Positions 40,318 to 51,740 of a stretch of 64,000 nt of DNA are shown piece after piece (within the stretch, counting starts at the first letter, position 1; the number at the start of each line of letters is the position of its first letter). The translations under genes and the position numbers were made by a program. The notes beneath the pieces were generated by a model. That model was not told where the DNA came from. It ran no database searches and was given only the letters and a program-made list of their open reading frames with translations. The stretch is from an uncultured Chloroflexia bacterium (GTDB lineage Bacteria > Chloroflexota > Limnocylindria > Limnocylindrales > CSP1-4). The stretch spans positions 288,001 to 352,000 of the forward strand of contig CAVYIM010000005.1 of the NCBI GenBank assembly GCA_963768655.1. Reading direction: 5' to 3'.

Positions 40318-42816
40318 GTGACCAGGCAGTCTCTCAGCGGCGCATGGCAGCTCCGGCAGGCCGGCTCGAACGAATGGCTGGCCGCCCGGGTCCCCGGCGG
40401 CGTCCACACAGATCTGATGGCCGCGGGCAAGATCGCCGACCCCTTCGTCGGCGACGAGGAGCTGCGGGTCCAGTGGGTTGCCGAGGCGGATTGGGAGTAC
40501 CGGTGCAGCTTCCGCGTCGACGCCGCCACCGCCGCCGAGGAACACCTGGACCTCGTGTTCGACGGCCTCGACACGCTGGCCGAAGTCCGTCTCAACGGGG
40601 AGCTGCTGGGCAGCGCCGACAACATGTTCCGGACCTGGCGCTGGGACGTGACCGGCCGCCTGGCGGCCGGCGACAACGAGGTCGCGTTGCTGTTCCACTC
40701 CGCCGTGCGCCGCGGGGCCGAGCTGAACGCCGTCCGGGCCCTCGACCGGCCCAAGGAGACGCTCCCCGGCGGGCCGTACCTGCGCAAGGCGCCCTGCCAC
40801 TTCGGCTGGGACTGGGGTCCAAAGCTCCCGAACGTCGGTATCTGGCAGGACGTGCGCATCGAGGGCTGGAGCGCCGCCCGGCTGGCGGACGTCCGAATCG
40901 AGCAGGCGGTCGAGGTCGAACGCGCTCGGGCGAGCCTGCACGCTCGCGTCGAAGTCGAGCGGACGCAAGCCACCAACCCTGCGGCCATCGAGGCGCGCAT
41001 TCGAGTCGTCCACCCGGGCGGTCGGACCGACGTCGCCCGGGCTGTCATCCCCGCCGGGGAGTCGGGCGCAAGCCTCACGCTCGAGATTGCCGAGCCCGAG
41101 CTGTGGTGGCCCAACGGCCTCGGCCGCCAGCCGCTCTACCGGGTCGAAATCGAGCTGGCCGCGAGCGATCGGACGCTCGACTTTCGCTCCTACCAGGTCG
41201 GCCTGCGGACGCTCGAGCTTCGGCGCGTGCCCGACGAGTGGGGCGAGTCGTTCACGCACGTCGTGAACGGCGTGCCCATTTTCGCGAAGGGCTCCAACTG
41301 GATCCCCGCGGATTCATTCCCGGCACGGGTCACGCCGGAGCGGCTCGAGGCGCTGCTCGGCGCCGCCGCGGCCACGAACCACAACATGATCCGGATCTGG
41401 GGCGGCGGCTACTACGAGACCGAGGCGTTCTACGACCTGTGCGACCGCTTCGGCATCCTGGTCTGGCAGGACTTCATGTTCGCCTGCAGCGTCTACCCGC
41501 TCACCGACCCCGGGTTCCTGGCGAACCTGGAGATCGAGGTCCGCGAGCAGGTGCGGCGGCTACGGCATCGGGCCTGCCTGGCGCTGTGGTGCGGCAACAA
41601 CGAGATGGAGCGAGGCTGGACGAACTGGGGCTGGAGCCGGCCCGAGAACGAAGACCTCCGCGCGGCCTACCTGCGCTTCTTCTCCGAGACGCTGCCGGCC
41701 TGGATCGCGACGCAAGACGCCGCCACTCCGTACTGGCCGAGCTCGCCCTCGTCGGGACGGCCGCTGGCGGAGCCGATCGGCGGCAACCGCGGCGACGAGC
41801 ACGAGTGGATCGTCTGGCACGCTCTCGCACCCTTCTCGGCCTATGGCCACGAGACCTACCGGTTCGTCAGCGAGTTCGGCTTCGAGTCGCTGCCGGCGCT
41901 GGCCACTGTCGCCGCCTTCGCGCCCGACCCGGCCGAATGGAACCTGGGCTCGCCGCTGCTCGACCATCATCAGCGCTGCCCGGTCGGCAACGCCCGGATC
42001 CTGTACTACATGGCCCAGCAGTTCCGGCTGCCAAAGGACTTCCCGTCGCTCGTATACCTGAGCCAGATCCTCCATGCCGAGGCGATGCGCGTGGGCGTGG
42101 AGCACTGGCGGCGCCAGCGGGACCGCTGCAGCGGGGCCCTGTACTGGCAGCTCGACGACTGCTGGCCCGTGTCCTCCTGGGCGAGCGTCGACTACTTCGG
42201 CCGCTGGAAGGCCCTGCAATACGCCACGCGGCGGTTCTACGCCCCGGTGCTCCTGGCCGCGGAGGTGGAGTCGGATGACGTGTCGCTGGCCGTCACCAAC
42301 GACACGGCCGCGGCCTGGCGGGGCGAGGTCCGCTGGTCGCTGGAACGTCTCGACGGCGAGGTCGTGGCGTCCGGGGGCGGCCCGGTGGAGGCGCGGGCGC
42401 TGACCACGACTTCGGTCGGTCGCGTCGCCCTCCCCGACTCGGCGTCCGAGCGGCGATCGCTCGTCCTGGTGTCGGAGCTGATGGAGGCAGGCTCCCGGCG
42501 GGCGCTGGTCGTCACGCCGTTCGTCCCCGACAAGCAGCTGGCGCTGGGCCGGCCGGCGGTCGACCTGGCGGTCGAGGCGGCGGCGGGTTCGGCCGAGACC
42601 GCGCCGGACCGAGCGACCGTCCGACTCCGGTCTGACACGCTTGCGCGCTGGGTCGAGCTCTCGCTCGACGGCGCCGACGCCGTCCTCGACGACAACTACT
42701 TCGACCTGCCGGCCGGGCGCGAGGTGGTGGTCGGGTTCGACGTGCCCGATGGCTTCGACCTTGCTCGTGTGCGGAAGGTCCTTCGCGTTCGATCGGTCGT
42801 CGACACCTACCCGTAG
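40318..42816 (+). CDS. GH2 beta-mannosidase
   Basis: VPG.VHTDL, FGWDWGP, KGSNWIP, RIWGGG, WQDFMFAC, WCGNNE, SEFG and YWQL.DCWP; AGGAGG RBS before GTG. Confidence 0.95.
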   Translation: MTRQSLSGAWQLRQAGSNEWLAARVPGGVHTDLMAAGKIADPFVGDEELRVQWVAEADWEYRCSFRVDAATAAEEHLDLVFDGLDTLAEVRLNGELLGSADNMFRTWRWDVTGRLAAGDNEVALLFHSAVRRGAELNAVRALDRPKETLPGGPYLRKAPCHFGWDWGPKLPNVGIWQDVRIEGWSAARLADVRIEQAVEVERARASLHARVEVERTQATNPAAIEARIRVVHPGGRTDVARAVIPAGESGASLTLEIAEPELWWPNGLGRQPLYRVEIELAASDRTLDFRSYQVGLRTLELRRVPDEWGESFTHVVNGVPIFAKGSNWIPADSFPARVTPERLEALLGAAAATNHNMIRIWGGGYYETEAFYDLCDRFGILVWQDFMFACSVYPLTDPGFLANLEIEVREQVRRLRHRACLALWCGNNEMERGWTNWGWSRPENEDLRAAYLRFFSETLPAWIATQDAATPYWPSSPSSGRPLAEPIGGNRGDEHEWIVWHALAPFSAYGHETYRFVSEFGFESLPALATVAAFAPDPAEWNLGSPLLDHHQRCPVGNARILYYMAQQFRLPKDFPSLVYLSQILHAEAMRVGVEHWRRQRDRCSGALYWQLDDCWPVSSWASVDYFGRWKALQYATRRFYAPVLLAAEVESDDVSLAVTNDTAAAWRGEVRWSLERLDGEVVASGGGPVEARALTTTSVGRVALPDSASERRSLVLVSELMEAGSRRALVVTPFVPDKQLALGRPAVDLAVEAAAGSAETAPDRATVRLRSDTLARWVELSLDGADAVLDDNYFDLPAGREVVVGFDVPDGFDLARVRKVLRVRSVVDTYP

Positions 42817-42846
42817 CGGCTCGGGGTCGGTCGCCTCGGCGCCCGG

Positions 42847-43722
42847 CTACTTCTCGACGGGCAGATCCGGGCGGTTGCCCCACTCCTCCCACGACTCGGC
42901 GTAGTTGCGCACTCCGCTCAAGCCAGCCAGCTCGTGGAGGACGAACCAGACCAGCGCTGCCCGGACGCCGCCCTGGCAGTAGGTGGCGCGCACATCTTCC
43001 GGAGTCACGCCGGTCCCTCGGAGGATCGCCAGCGCCTCGGCGCCGGTTCTGAGGCGCCCGTCCGGCGCCACGAAGTCGCTGAAGAGCCGATGCTTCGCGC
43101 CGGGAATCCGGCCGCCCCGGGCCGCCCGCACGTCCGTGCCGAGGAACTCATCGATCAGCCTGACGTCCAGCAGACGCGTCGGGCCGCCCGGCGCGCTCGA
43201 CTCCTTGCTCCATGCCAGTACCTGCTCGGCGGTGGCGATGAGCGAGTCGTCGCGCTCGTGAAGCGGCTCCGTGGCCGCGACGGGCCGGGGCGCAGTCGCG
43301 TCCGCCGCGGTCGGTCGTCCCTGCGCCTGCCAGACGGTGAGCCCGCCGTCGAGGACGTGGATTCGTTCGCTCGGGAAGCCGAACAGGCGCAGCAGCCAGT
43401 AGCCGCGGATCGCCTGGCGATTCAGGCCCGCATCGTCGTAGAAGACGATCCGGGCGCCCGGCGCCACACCCCAACGGCGAAGCGACGCGGCCACTTCCTC
43501 GCGGCCCGGCACCACGTACAGCCGCTTCACCGAACCGGTGTCCGCGCGCGTGCCCGCCTTCGCCAGATCGACGTGCGTATCCACGAAGATGGCGCCGGGT
43601 ACGTGCGTCTCGTCGTAGATCTTGCGGTCGAGCGCGACATGCACGATCCGGAGATCCGAGTCGCCCAGGTGGGCCGCCAGCCACTCGGCCGATACGAGGG
43701 GTCCAGGTCCGGCAGCGTTCAT
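42847..43722 (-). CDS. Tandem-domain sulfurtransferase (rhodanese/SseA)
   Basis: LVSAEWL, HVPGA, LDGG, GRIPGA, YCQGGVRA and Y..SWEEW. Confidence 0.92.
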   Translation of the reverse strand: MNAAGPGPLVSAEWLAAHLGDSDLRIVHVALDRKIYDETHVPGAIFVDTHVDLAKAGTRADTGSVKRLYVVPGREEVAASLRRWGVAPGARIVFYDDAGLNRQAIRGYWLLRLFGFPSERIHVLDGGLTVWQAQGRPTAADATAPRPVAATEPLHERDDSLIATAEQVLAWSKESSAPGGPTRLLDVRLIDEFLGTDVRAARGGRIPGAKHRLFSDFVAPDGRLRTGAEALAILRGTGVTPEDVRATYCQGGVRAALVWFVLHELAGLSGVRNYAESWEEWGNRPDLPVEK

Positions 43723-44094
43723 TCGTCTCCTCCCGAGTGCGGCCACGATGCCGCCTAGAGTACCCGGCAGCCGGGCCGCGAGCTTGGACCGCTCTGCCCC
43801 GTCCGCGGCATCGACAACTCGCTCCGCCGTGTCGACCCTGCCGCCACCCTCGATACGTCGATCATGCCCAGTTGCGGATACTCCTCTGACCGACACAGCC
43901 GGGACGGCCGGTCGTTGCTCGCCCGGTGAGCGAGTGTGACTGCACGGCCATCCGGACGCCCCGCGCAGGTCGAATCTGAGCGCTACGAGGTACAGCTGCG
44001 ACTATCCACGGGCTCAGCCGGCCAGTGAACGACCCCCGACGGCCGAACGTATACGCGCGGTTGAGCAAGCTCGACGGCTAATGCTTCGCCTGGC

Positions 44095-44427
44095 GTGGCG
44101 CGGCGGTTCGAGGCGCCAGTCGGAGGATCGGGAGACCAGCGGGCCTGGGATGCGGTCCTCCTCGTCGGACCTTCGGAGATGGCGGTGGAAGCGGAAACGC
44201 GGCTGAGGGACGTCCAGGCGGCCCAACGGCGAATCATCCTGAAGCGCCGAGATGACCCCGGCGTCTCAGGTGTGATCCTTCTCCTGTCGAACACGCGCCA
44301 CAACCGCGCCCTGGTGCATGAGTATGGAGCCGCGCTGCGCGCCGACTTCCCGGTCCAGGCGGACAGGATGCTCCGGGCGCTCTCGGAGGGCCGCGACCCG
44401 GGTGGAAGTGGCGTAGTCCTGTTGTGA
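44095..44427 (+). pseudogene. Truncated PD-(D/E)XK nuclease-like domain protein
   Basis: E...RAWDAVL....AVEAETRLRD pattern; no clear start, with stops upstream. Confidence 0.5.
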
Positions 44428-44534
44428 GGCGGCCGCCGTCGATGGCCAAACAGCATGCGGCCCGGACCGCGGCGACGCCGGCCCGGCCGGCCCCGCGCCA
44501 CTCCCCGCCGCGCGCGCCACTCCCTCGACGCGCG

Positions 44535-46255
<1,721 letters not shown>

Positions 46256-46259
<4 letters not shown>

Positions 46260-48280
46260 CGGTGTCCTCCAGCGGATGTCAGGTTGCTCACGGCTTCGCG
46301 CCGTCGGTCGAGTGAATTGCGAGCTTCATACAAGTTGCGTTGCGTTTCGAGCAGTCGAGCGATTGCCTGCGGGTCGACGGCGGCCTGCGCCTCCATCAAC
46401 TCACCGGCGTTGAAGCGGATCTCGTCTTCGAGGCGATCGGCCTCCAGAGCCAGGAGGCACTGGTCCACGCCGTTGCGGACGTGGTCGGTGTCGAGCGTGG
46501 TCGGATCGTTGGGCCCACGGTCCGCATAGAGGGCGATCGCCAGGCTGTGCAGCTCCGGCGGCAGCGAGTCGAGGAAGCGCATGCGCTTGAACTCGCCGGA
46601 ACCGCCGGCTTCGCGGTCCAGGTCGCGGTCGGCCACCATCGCCACCAGTAGCTCGCGCGCCGGAGTGCTGGGAAGCCGCGCTCCCTGCGCCGCTAGAGTC
46701 GCGGCGACCCGTTCCTGCTGTTCGGGCACGAGAAGGAGCAGCCTCAGCAGGCGAGCTTCCTCGCGCGTCAGAGACTTGAGCTCGGCCTTCGTGTCGATCG
46801 TATCCGGGGCCGACATGACGGCATCAGCAGTGAAGCGTCCCGAGCCGGCACCGGCCGCGCCACTCGACCCCCCGCGCCCGTCCGCACCGACCTGACCCAC
46901 CGGCACCGGCGCCCGCATGGCCTCCAGGAGGACCCGCTCCTCCACACCGGTGCGACGCGCCAGCGTCTGGAGATAGCTGTCGCGCACGACCGGGTCGCGG
47001 ATCTCGCGCAGCATCGGCACCAGCGCCCCGACGGCATGGCGCCGGCCCTCGGCAGTCCGGATCGGGAAGGCCGTGGCGTAGTAGTCGATCAGGAACTCGA
47101 TGATCGGCTGGGCCGTGCGGATCGCCTCCCGCCAGAGATCGGGCGTGTCGCGGATGACTTCGTCGGGGTCCTTGCCCTCCGGCAGCCTTGCGACGCGCAC
47201 GCGTGTGATCTCGACGCCGGTCTCCTCCGCCGCCAGCGAGCCGATCAGCCTGAACAGCTCCGCGCCGCCGATCGAGCCGGCGTGCTGGCCGGCCGGGTCG
47301 ACGTCGTAGGCGAGCACGATCTCGCGGGCGTAGCGGGCGATGAGCGCGACCTGGGCTGGCGTGAGCGCCGTGCCGAGGCTCGCGACCACGTTCTCGAAGC
47401 CGGCCTGGTGCGCCATCAGAGCGTCCGTGTACCCCTCGACGAGAACGGCCTCTTCCGACCTGCGCATCTCGCCCCGGGCCCGCTCGATGAGATAGAGCGT
47501 GCGGCTCTTGTCGAAAAGTGCCGTCGCCGGTGAGTTGAGGTATTTCGGCGCGTTGGGGTCGGTCGCGCCGTGGCCCGCCTCGGCGCCGTCGCCCGCGCCC
47601 ACGGCCACAGCCACGGCCACGGCCACGGGCAGGATCCGTCCGCCGATCCCCACCGCGTTCCCCGCCGCATCGCGGATCGGGAAGATGATTCGCGAGCGGA
47701 ACTTGTCGTAGGCTCCTCGCCCGCTCGATCGCTGGCTTGTCAGGCCCACTTCCGCGAGCTCCGCAACCGTTACGTTGCGCCGGCTCTGGAGCATTCGAAT
47801 CATCTGGTCCCAGCCGCCTGGCGCCCAGCCGAGCTGGAAACGTTCGACCGTCTCGTCGGTGAAGCCGCGGCCGTGCAGGTATTCGAGCGCGGGCGCGCCG
47901 GTCTTCGATTGCGTCAGGACGACGTGGTAGAAGGCGATCGCCTGCTCCAGCACCTCGCGCAGTCGAGCCTTTCGGGCGTCCTCGCGGCTCGTGCGCTCGT
48001 CGACCTCGATGCCGGCCCTCGCCGCCAGGCGCTTGAGGGCTTCGGGGAAGCTCAACCCTTCGCGGCGCATCACGAAGCTGAAGACGTCGCCGCCCTCGCC
48101 GCAGCCGAAGCAGTGCCAGCTATCGCGCGCCGGGGTCACGACGAAGCTCGGGGTCTTCTCGCCGTGGAACGGGCAGAGCCCCTTGTAGGTGGTGCCGGCC
48201 TTGCGCAGCTCCACCTGCTCGCCGACGATCTCCAGGACCGACAGCTTGCTCTTGACTTCTGCGGCTACCCCAACAGCCAA
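46256..48280 (-). CDS. dnaG: DNA primase
   Basis: CPFH.EKTPSF zinc finger, PKYLNSP, VEGY.D, D.DPAG and KDPD Toprim motifs. Confidence 0.97.
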
Positions 48281-48439
48281 ACGCTTCTCCTGCTCAACAG
48301 ACGGCCGACGAGACTCCGACGTTCACTCTTCGCCACCTCCGGCCCGTCCCGACCGACCGAACGACCGCCCAGCCGAACCGCCCGAATGATCGAACGCCTT
48401 GCGCCCGAGCCCTCCACGAACCACCCTGACACGACTAAG

Positions 48440-48462
48440 GGCCTGTCAAGTCTTGACAGGCC
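48440..48462. promoter_or_regulatory. Perfect 11-bp inverted repeat upstream of dnaG
   Basis: GGCCTGTCAAG-T-CTTGACAGGCC. Confidence 0.5.
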
Positions 48463-48500
48463 TTTGCCGGCCAATTCTTACCACTTTTCGCCGCGTTTGT

Positions 48501-48517
48501 ATACCCCTGGGGGGTAT
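48501..48517. promoter_or_regulatory. CsoR/RicR-like operator palindrome
   Basis: ATACCCC-TGG-GGGGTAT matches the TACCCC-n-GGGGTA C/G-tract operator type. Confidence 0.45.
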
Positions 48518-48568
48518 TGACATGTCCGGGGTTGTATACTTGACACAAGGCCCCGAACCTGCTAGTGT

Positions 48569-48730
48569 TCATGGCATGGACGACCGGTCGAGCTTCGAAC
48601 CCTTCACTTCAGCCTCGCGGGCATGCTTCTTCGCATGCTCAACGACCTGCGGATGGAAGAGCTTCGCGACGGCTTCCTCGGTCGTCAGTTCATGCGCCTT
48701 CTTCGGCGGTTGGGGTTTCTGAGATGTCAC
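48569..48730 (-). CDS. 53-aa small protein divergent from the transposase
   Basis: Manual translation MTSQKPQPPKKAHELTTEEAVAKLFHPQVVEHAKKHAREAEVKGSKLDRSSMP; protein-like composition. Confidence 0.5.
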   Translation of the reverse strand: MTSQKPQPPKKAHELTTEEAVAKLFHPQVVEHAKKHAREAEVKGSKLDRSSMP

Positions 48731-49647
48731 GTCAGCCTACTTTCACCCAAGAGGTCAACCTCGTTGCTCTGATCGACTCGTTTGGTAGCGAGGACAAGTG
48801 CCGGGCCTACCTCGAAGAGCTTCGATGGCCCGAAGGTGTGCGCTGCCCGCGCTGTGGGTCCGCCAAGATCAGCCGTATCGCCAAGCGCCATCAGTTCGAC
48901 TGCGACACCTGCCGGTATCAGTTCAGCGTTACCGCCGGAACGATCTTCAACGACTCCCACCTGCCACTGTGGAAATGGTTCCTCGCGGTGTACGTCATGG
49001 GCGAGTCCAAGAAGGGGATCAGCGCGAACCAACTCAAGCGAATGCTCGGCGTTTCCTACAAGACGGCTTGGTATCTCTGCCATCGCATCCGCGAGACCAT
49101 GACCTCCGAAACCGCCAGGCAGCTTCGGGGGATCATCGAAGCCGACGAGACGTTCATCGGCGGCACCAAGACTCACTTCGGCCGGACGCCTGCCGAGAAG
49201 GTCACCGTCCTGGGTGCCGTCGAGCGTGGCGGGAACGTCCGCGTTCGGGTGAGCGACCATACGGGCAAGGTCCGCAAACACGACGTGTACAGCTTCCTCG
49301 CGGCGACTGTGGCCCCGGACGCCGAGGCGATCTACACGGACTCGGCTCAGGTCTACGACGAACTGGCCGACGGGGACACCCGCCACGAGTCCGTCAACCA
49401 CGGCATCGGGCAATGGGTGCAGGCCGACGTTCACACGAACACCATCGAGTCCGTGTGGTCGCTCTTCAAGCGATCCGTGGTCGGTTCCTACCATCACCTG
49501 TCCGCCAAGCATCTTCAGGCATACCTCGATGAGTTCGCGTTCCGGTATGACAACCGGGAGAACGCGTATCTCTTCCGCGACACGCTGCTGCGGCTCATTG
49601 GTTCGGAGCCTCTTCAGTACGCTGAATTGACGGCTGAAACCGCCTGA
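48724..49647 (+). CDS. IS1595 family DDE transposase
   Basis: RWP.G..CP.CG Zn ribbon, GISANQL..LGVSYKTAW HTH, EADETF, YTD, HTNTIESVWS and YLDEF.FR. Confidence 0.96.
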   Translation: MSRQPTFTQEVNLVALIDSFGSEDKCRAYLEELRWPEGVRCPRCGSAKISRIAKRHQFDCDTCRYQFSVTAGTIFNDSHLPLWKWFLAVYVMGESKKGISANQLKRMLGVSYKTAWYLCHRIRETMTSETARQLRGIIEADETFIGGTKTHFGRTPAEKVTVLGAVERGGNVRVRVSDHTGKVRKHDVYSFLAATVAPDAEAIYTDSAQVYDELADGDTRHESVNHGIGQWVQADVHTNTIESVWSLFKRSVVGSYHHLSAKHLQAYLDEFAFRYDNRENAYLFRDTLLRLIGSEPLQYAELTAETA

Positions 49648-50377
49648 GATCGGGGTCCTGAACTTCGGACCATCTCAGCGGTACTGGCACAAACTCAACG
49701 ACTAAGCGGCGCACCCTGTAGCCCTGCGCCTCCACGTCAATGTCCGCGCGATATTTCCCTTGTGAACCCAGGCTCCAATCCGTTGTTGATCTGCGCAGGG
49801 TGACCATGTTAGATCGGGACCGGTAGGAGATACAAAGCACAACCCGCTCGGCTCCCGCTCTAACGGCATGGTCCTTTCCGCCGTCATCCCACGCCAACTC
49901 TGCGGGTCTGAAGCCAGGCAGTGGGTGCCATTGGCGGCCATCATCCGAGTTTATGCGCAAGTCTTTGATGCGAAAACAACATTCCGCGATTTCCTTCGGG
50001 CCAGCGACACAACGAAATGCCAGAGTCTTACCAACCAAGTAGAGCGACACATCGTGCCAGTCCTCGTGCTCGACGCACTGAATACTGAGAGCGTCCTCGG
50101 ATAGGTCCGGATCGGCAGGTGTCGATGCCTTCGACCAGATGCGCCAGTAGCCTTGGATATTGGCCGAGATCAGCGCCATGGCGAAAACTCGTAAAGGCGT
50201 AACTGCGAACGGCGTGGTGGGAGGATGAGGGTCGAAGATGAGTAAGAAAGCGATTGCCGCTGCCCCGAGATTGACCACGGTCCAAAGCCCAAGGCCCAGT
50301 ATTTCCCGCAGGTACTGCCAGACGAACAGCCTGATCCGAGAGTGCCACGCGCGACCCACCGCTGACGCCATGCCCAC
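49595..50377 (-). CDS. IS passenger membrane protein, hypothetical
   Basis: 260-aa ORF with N-terminal TMs, lower GC than flanks, AGGAGG upstream. Confidence 0.6.
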   Translation of the reverse strand: MGMASAVGRAWHSRIRLFVWQYLREILGLGLWTVVNLGAAAIAFLLIFDPHPPTTPFAVTPLRVFAMALISANIQGYWRIWSKASTPADPDLSEDALSIQCVEHEDWHDVSLYLVGKTLAFRCVAGPKEIAECCFRIKDLRINSDDGRQWHPLPGFRPAELAWDDGGKDHAVRAGAERVVLCISYRSRSNMVTLRRSTTDWSLGSQGKYRADIDVEAQGYRVRRLVVEFVPVPLRWSEVQDPDLRRFQPSIQRTEEAPNQ

Positions 50378-50449
50378 CTCCTAGTGGGCACCATCGTAGC
50401 GCCCCCAGACGGGCCGTCTAGGGGCGCATACTGGGCCTGACGCGCGTTC

Positions 50450-50704
50450 ATGCGTCACCACCAGAGGGACATTGCGATGGATCAGGCACAGAGATCTGCC
50501 CGTGGCCTGGATGCGCGGAAGAATGATTACCCGTACCACACGAAGGATTTGACGAAGCCTCGTGTCTACCACGTGCGCGGGGCGTGCGAGGCAGGGGGGA
50601 GGATCGAGCCGGAGAACATTCGGACGGGTGGTTTTGGTCGTGAGCTGTGCAAGGAATGCATAGACCTGATTGTGGCGGCTCGCGCCGCAGAAACTCCCAG
50701 ATAG
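50450..50704 (+). CDS. IS passenger small putative Zn-binding protein
   Basis: YH....C ... CKEC motif (VYHVRGAC...LCKEC); the start may be ATG 50477. Confidence 0.55.
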   Translation: MRHHQRDIAMDQAQRSARGLDARKNDYPYHTKDLTKPRVYHVRGACEAGGRIEPENIRTGGFGRELCKECIDLIVAARAAETPR

Positions 50705-50907
50705 GACCACGCTTGTTCTTTCTCGGCCAGTAGGCGATCAGGTCTCGGCCGAAGTCGAAGAGCCGCGGCTCGTGGGCACATTTGCAATGCCGCTTCCTCG
50801 CACTCACAGCGCGGCCCTGCCAGCCTGTCGAGAAACAGGGTAGGGCCCGGCCTGCCTTGTGTCAAGTATACAACCCCGGACATGTCAAGAGGGCCGCCGA
50901 GTACGCG

Positions 50908-51618
50908 CTACCCTCCGCGGAGCCAGCCAGCTCGCACCTCGCCGGGTGACAGCCGGGCCAGGAGGTCGAGCAGCGGGACGGCGGCGGCGAACGTCTCGGT
51001 GAGGGTGGCCGGCAGGTTCGGCGAGAAGACCTCGTCGTCGGACAACGGGCGGCCGAAGGTCACGTCCTTGAGCTTCAGCAGCTCCGCCCCGGGATGGTCG
51101 GGCGGGAAGCCGCTGGGGACTCGCTTGAGGCTCTCGCCGCTGACCGTGCCGAATGTCGAGGCGAACCTGGGATCGTCGAGCACCGCCCGCACAGGAGGCA
51201 GGTCGTTCGCCACCGTCTGCCGCCACGCCGCAAGCTGAGCCGGATCCGGGTGCCACATCCCACCGCCGGCGAACATCTCGCCTGGCTGGAAGTGGAAGTA
51301 CGCACCCACGCCGCCGCCTTCGCCGGTCCACGGGAAGCTGGCCGATATGTGCGTCTTGTACGGCGACTTGTCGGCGGAGAACCGGATGTCGCGGTAGATC
51401 CGGAACGGCGAATGCGCAGGATCGGCTCGAAGCGGGAGGCGGTCACCCTCGAACCGCTCCGCGAGGGCGCGGCATAGCGCCTCCAACGGCTCCTTGAGCA
51501 CTCGCTCGTACTCGGCCTTGCGAGGCTGGAACCACGACCGCTCGTTGTGCAGCGCCAGCTCGACGAGGAACTGGACGGCGTCGCGCGAGAAGCCGGCGAA
51601 CGGTGCTGCCACGGCCAT
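50908..51618 (-). CDS. DUF2461 (TIGR02453) family protein
   Basis: N.RSWF, FRIYRDIRFS.DKSPYKT, GGGMW and LKRVP.GF. Confidence 0.92.
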   Translation of the reverse strand: MAVAAPFAGFSRDAVQFLVELALHNERSWFQPRKAEYERVLKEPLEALCRALAERFEGDRLPLRADPAHSPFRIYRDIRFSADKSPYKTHISASFPWTGEGGGVGAYFHFQPGEMFAGGGMWHPDPAQLAAWRQTVANDLPPVRAVLDDPRFASTFGTVSGESLKRVPSGFPPDHPGAELLKLKDVTFGRPLSDDEVFSPNLPATLTETFAAAVPLLDLLARLSPGEVRAGWLRGG

Positions 51619-51740
51619 CGGTTCACCTCCGAAGGGCTATTGAGGAGCAGCGGGAATCCTCCCACTGTCCCCGCAGCGCGGACAACGCCGCGCTCGACGT
51701 CCCATCTGCGCGCCCAGACGGCGCCCTTCCGCCAGCCTAC

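Larger units (their letters stand above)
48527..50878 (+). mobile_element. IS1595 family transposon with passenger genes (2352 bp)
   Basis: Perfect 25-bp TIRs CGGGGTTGTATACTTGACACAAGGC (48527-48551 and 50854-50878); 8-bp TSD GACATGTC (48519-48526 and 50879-50886). Confidence 0.95.

Noticed and set aside
47600-47630. GCCGTG hexamer run in dnaG (VAVAVAVAV)
   Set aside because: Short in-frame low-complexity loop insertion with no evidence of function
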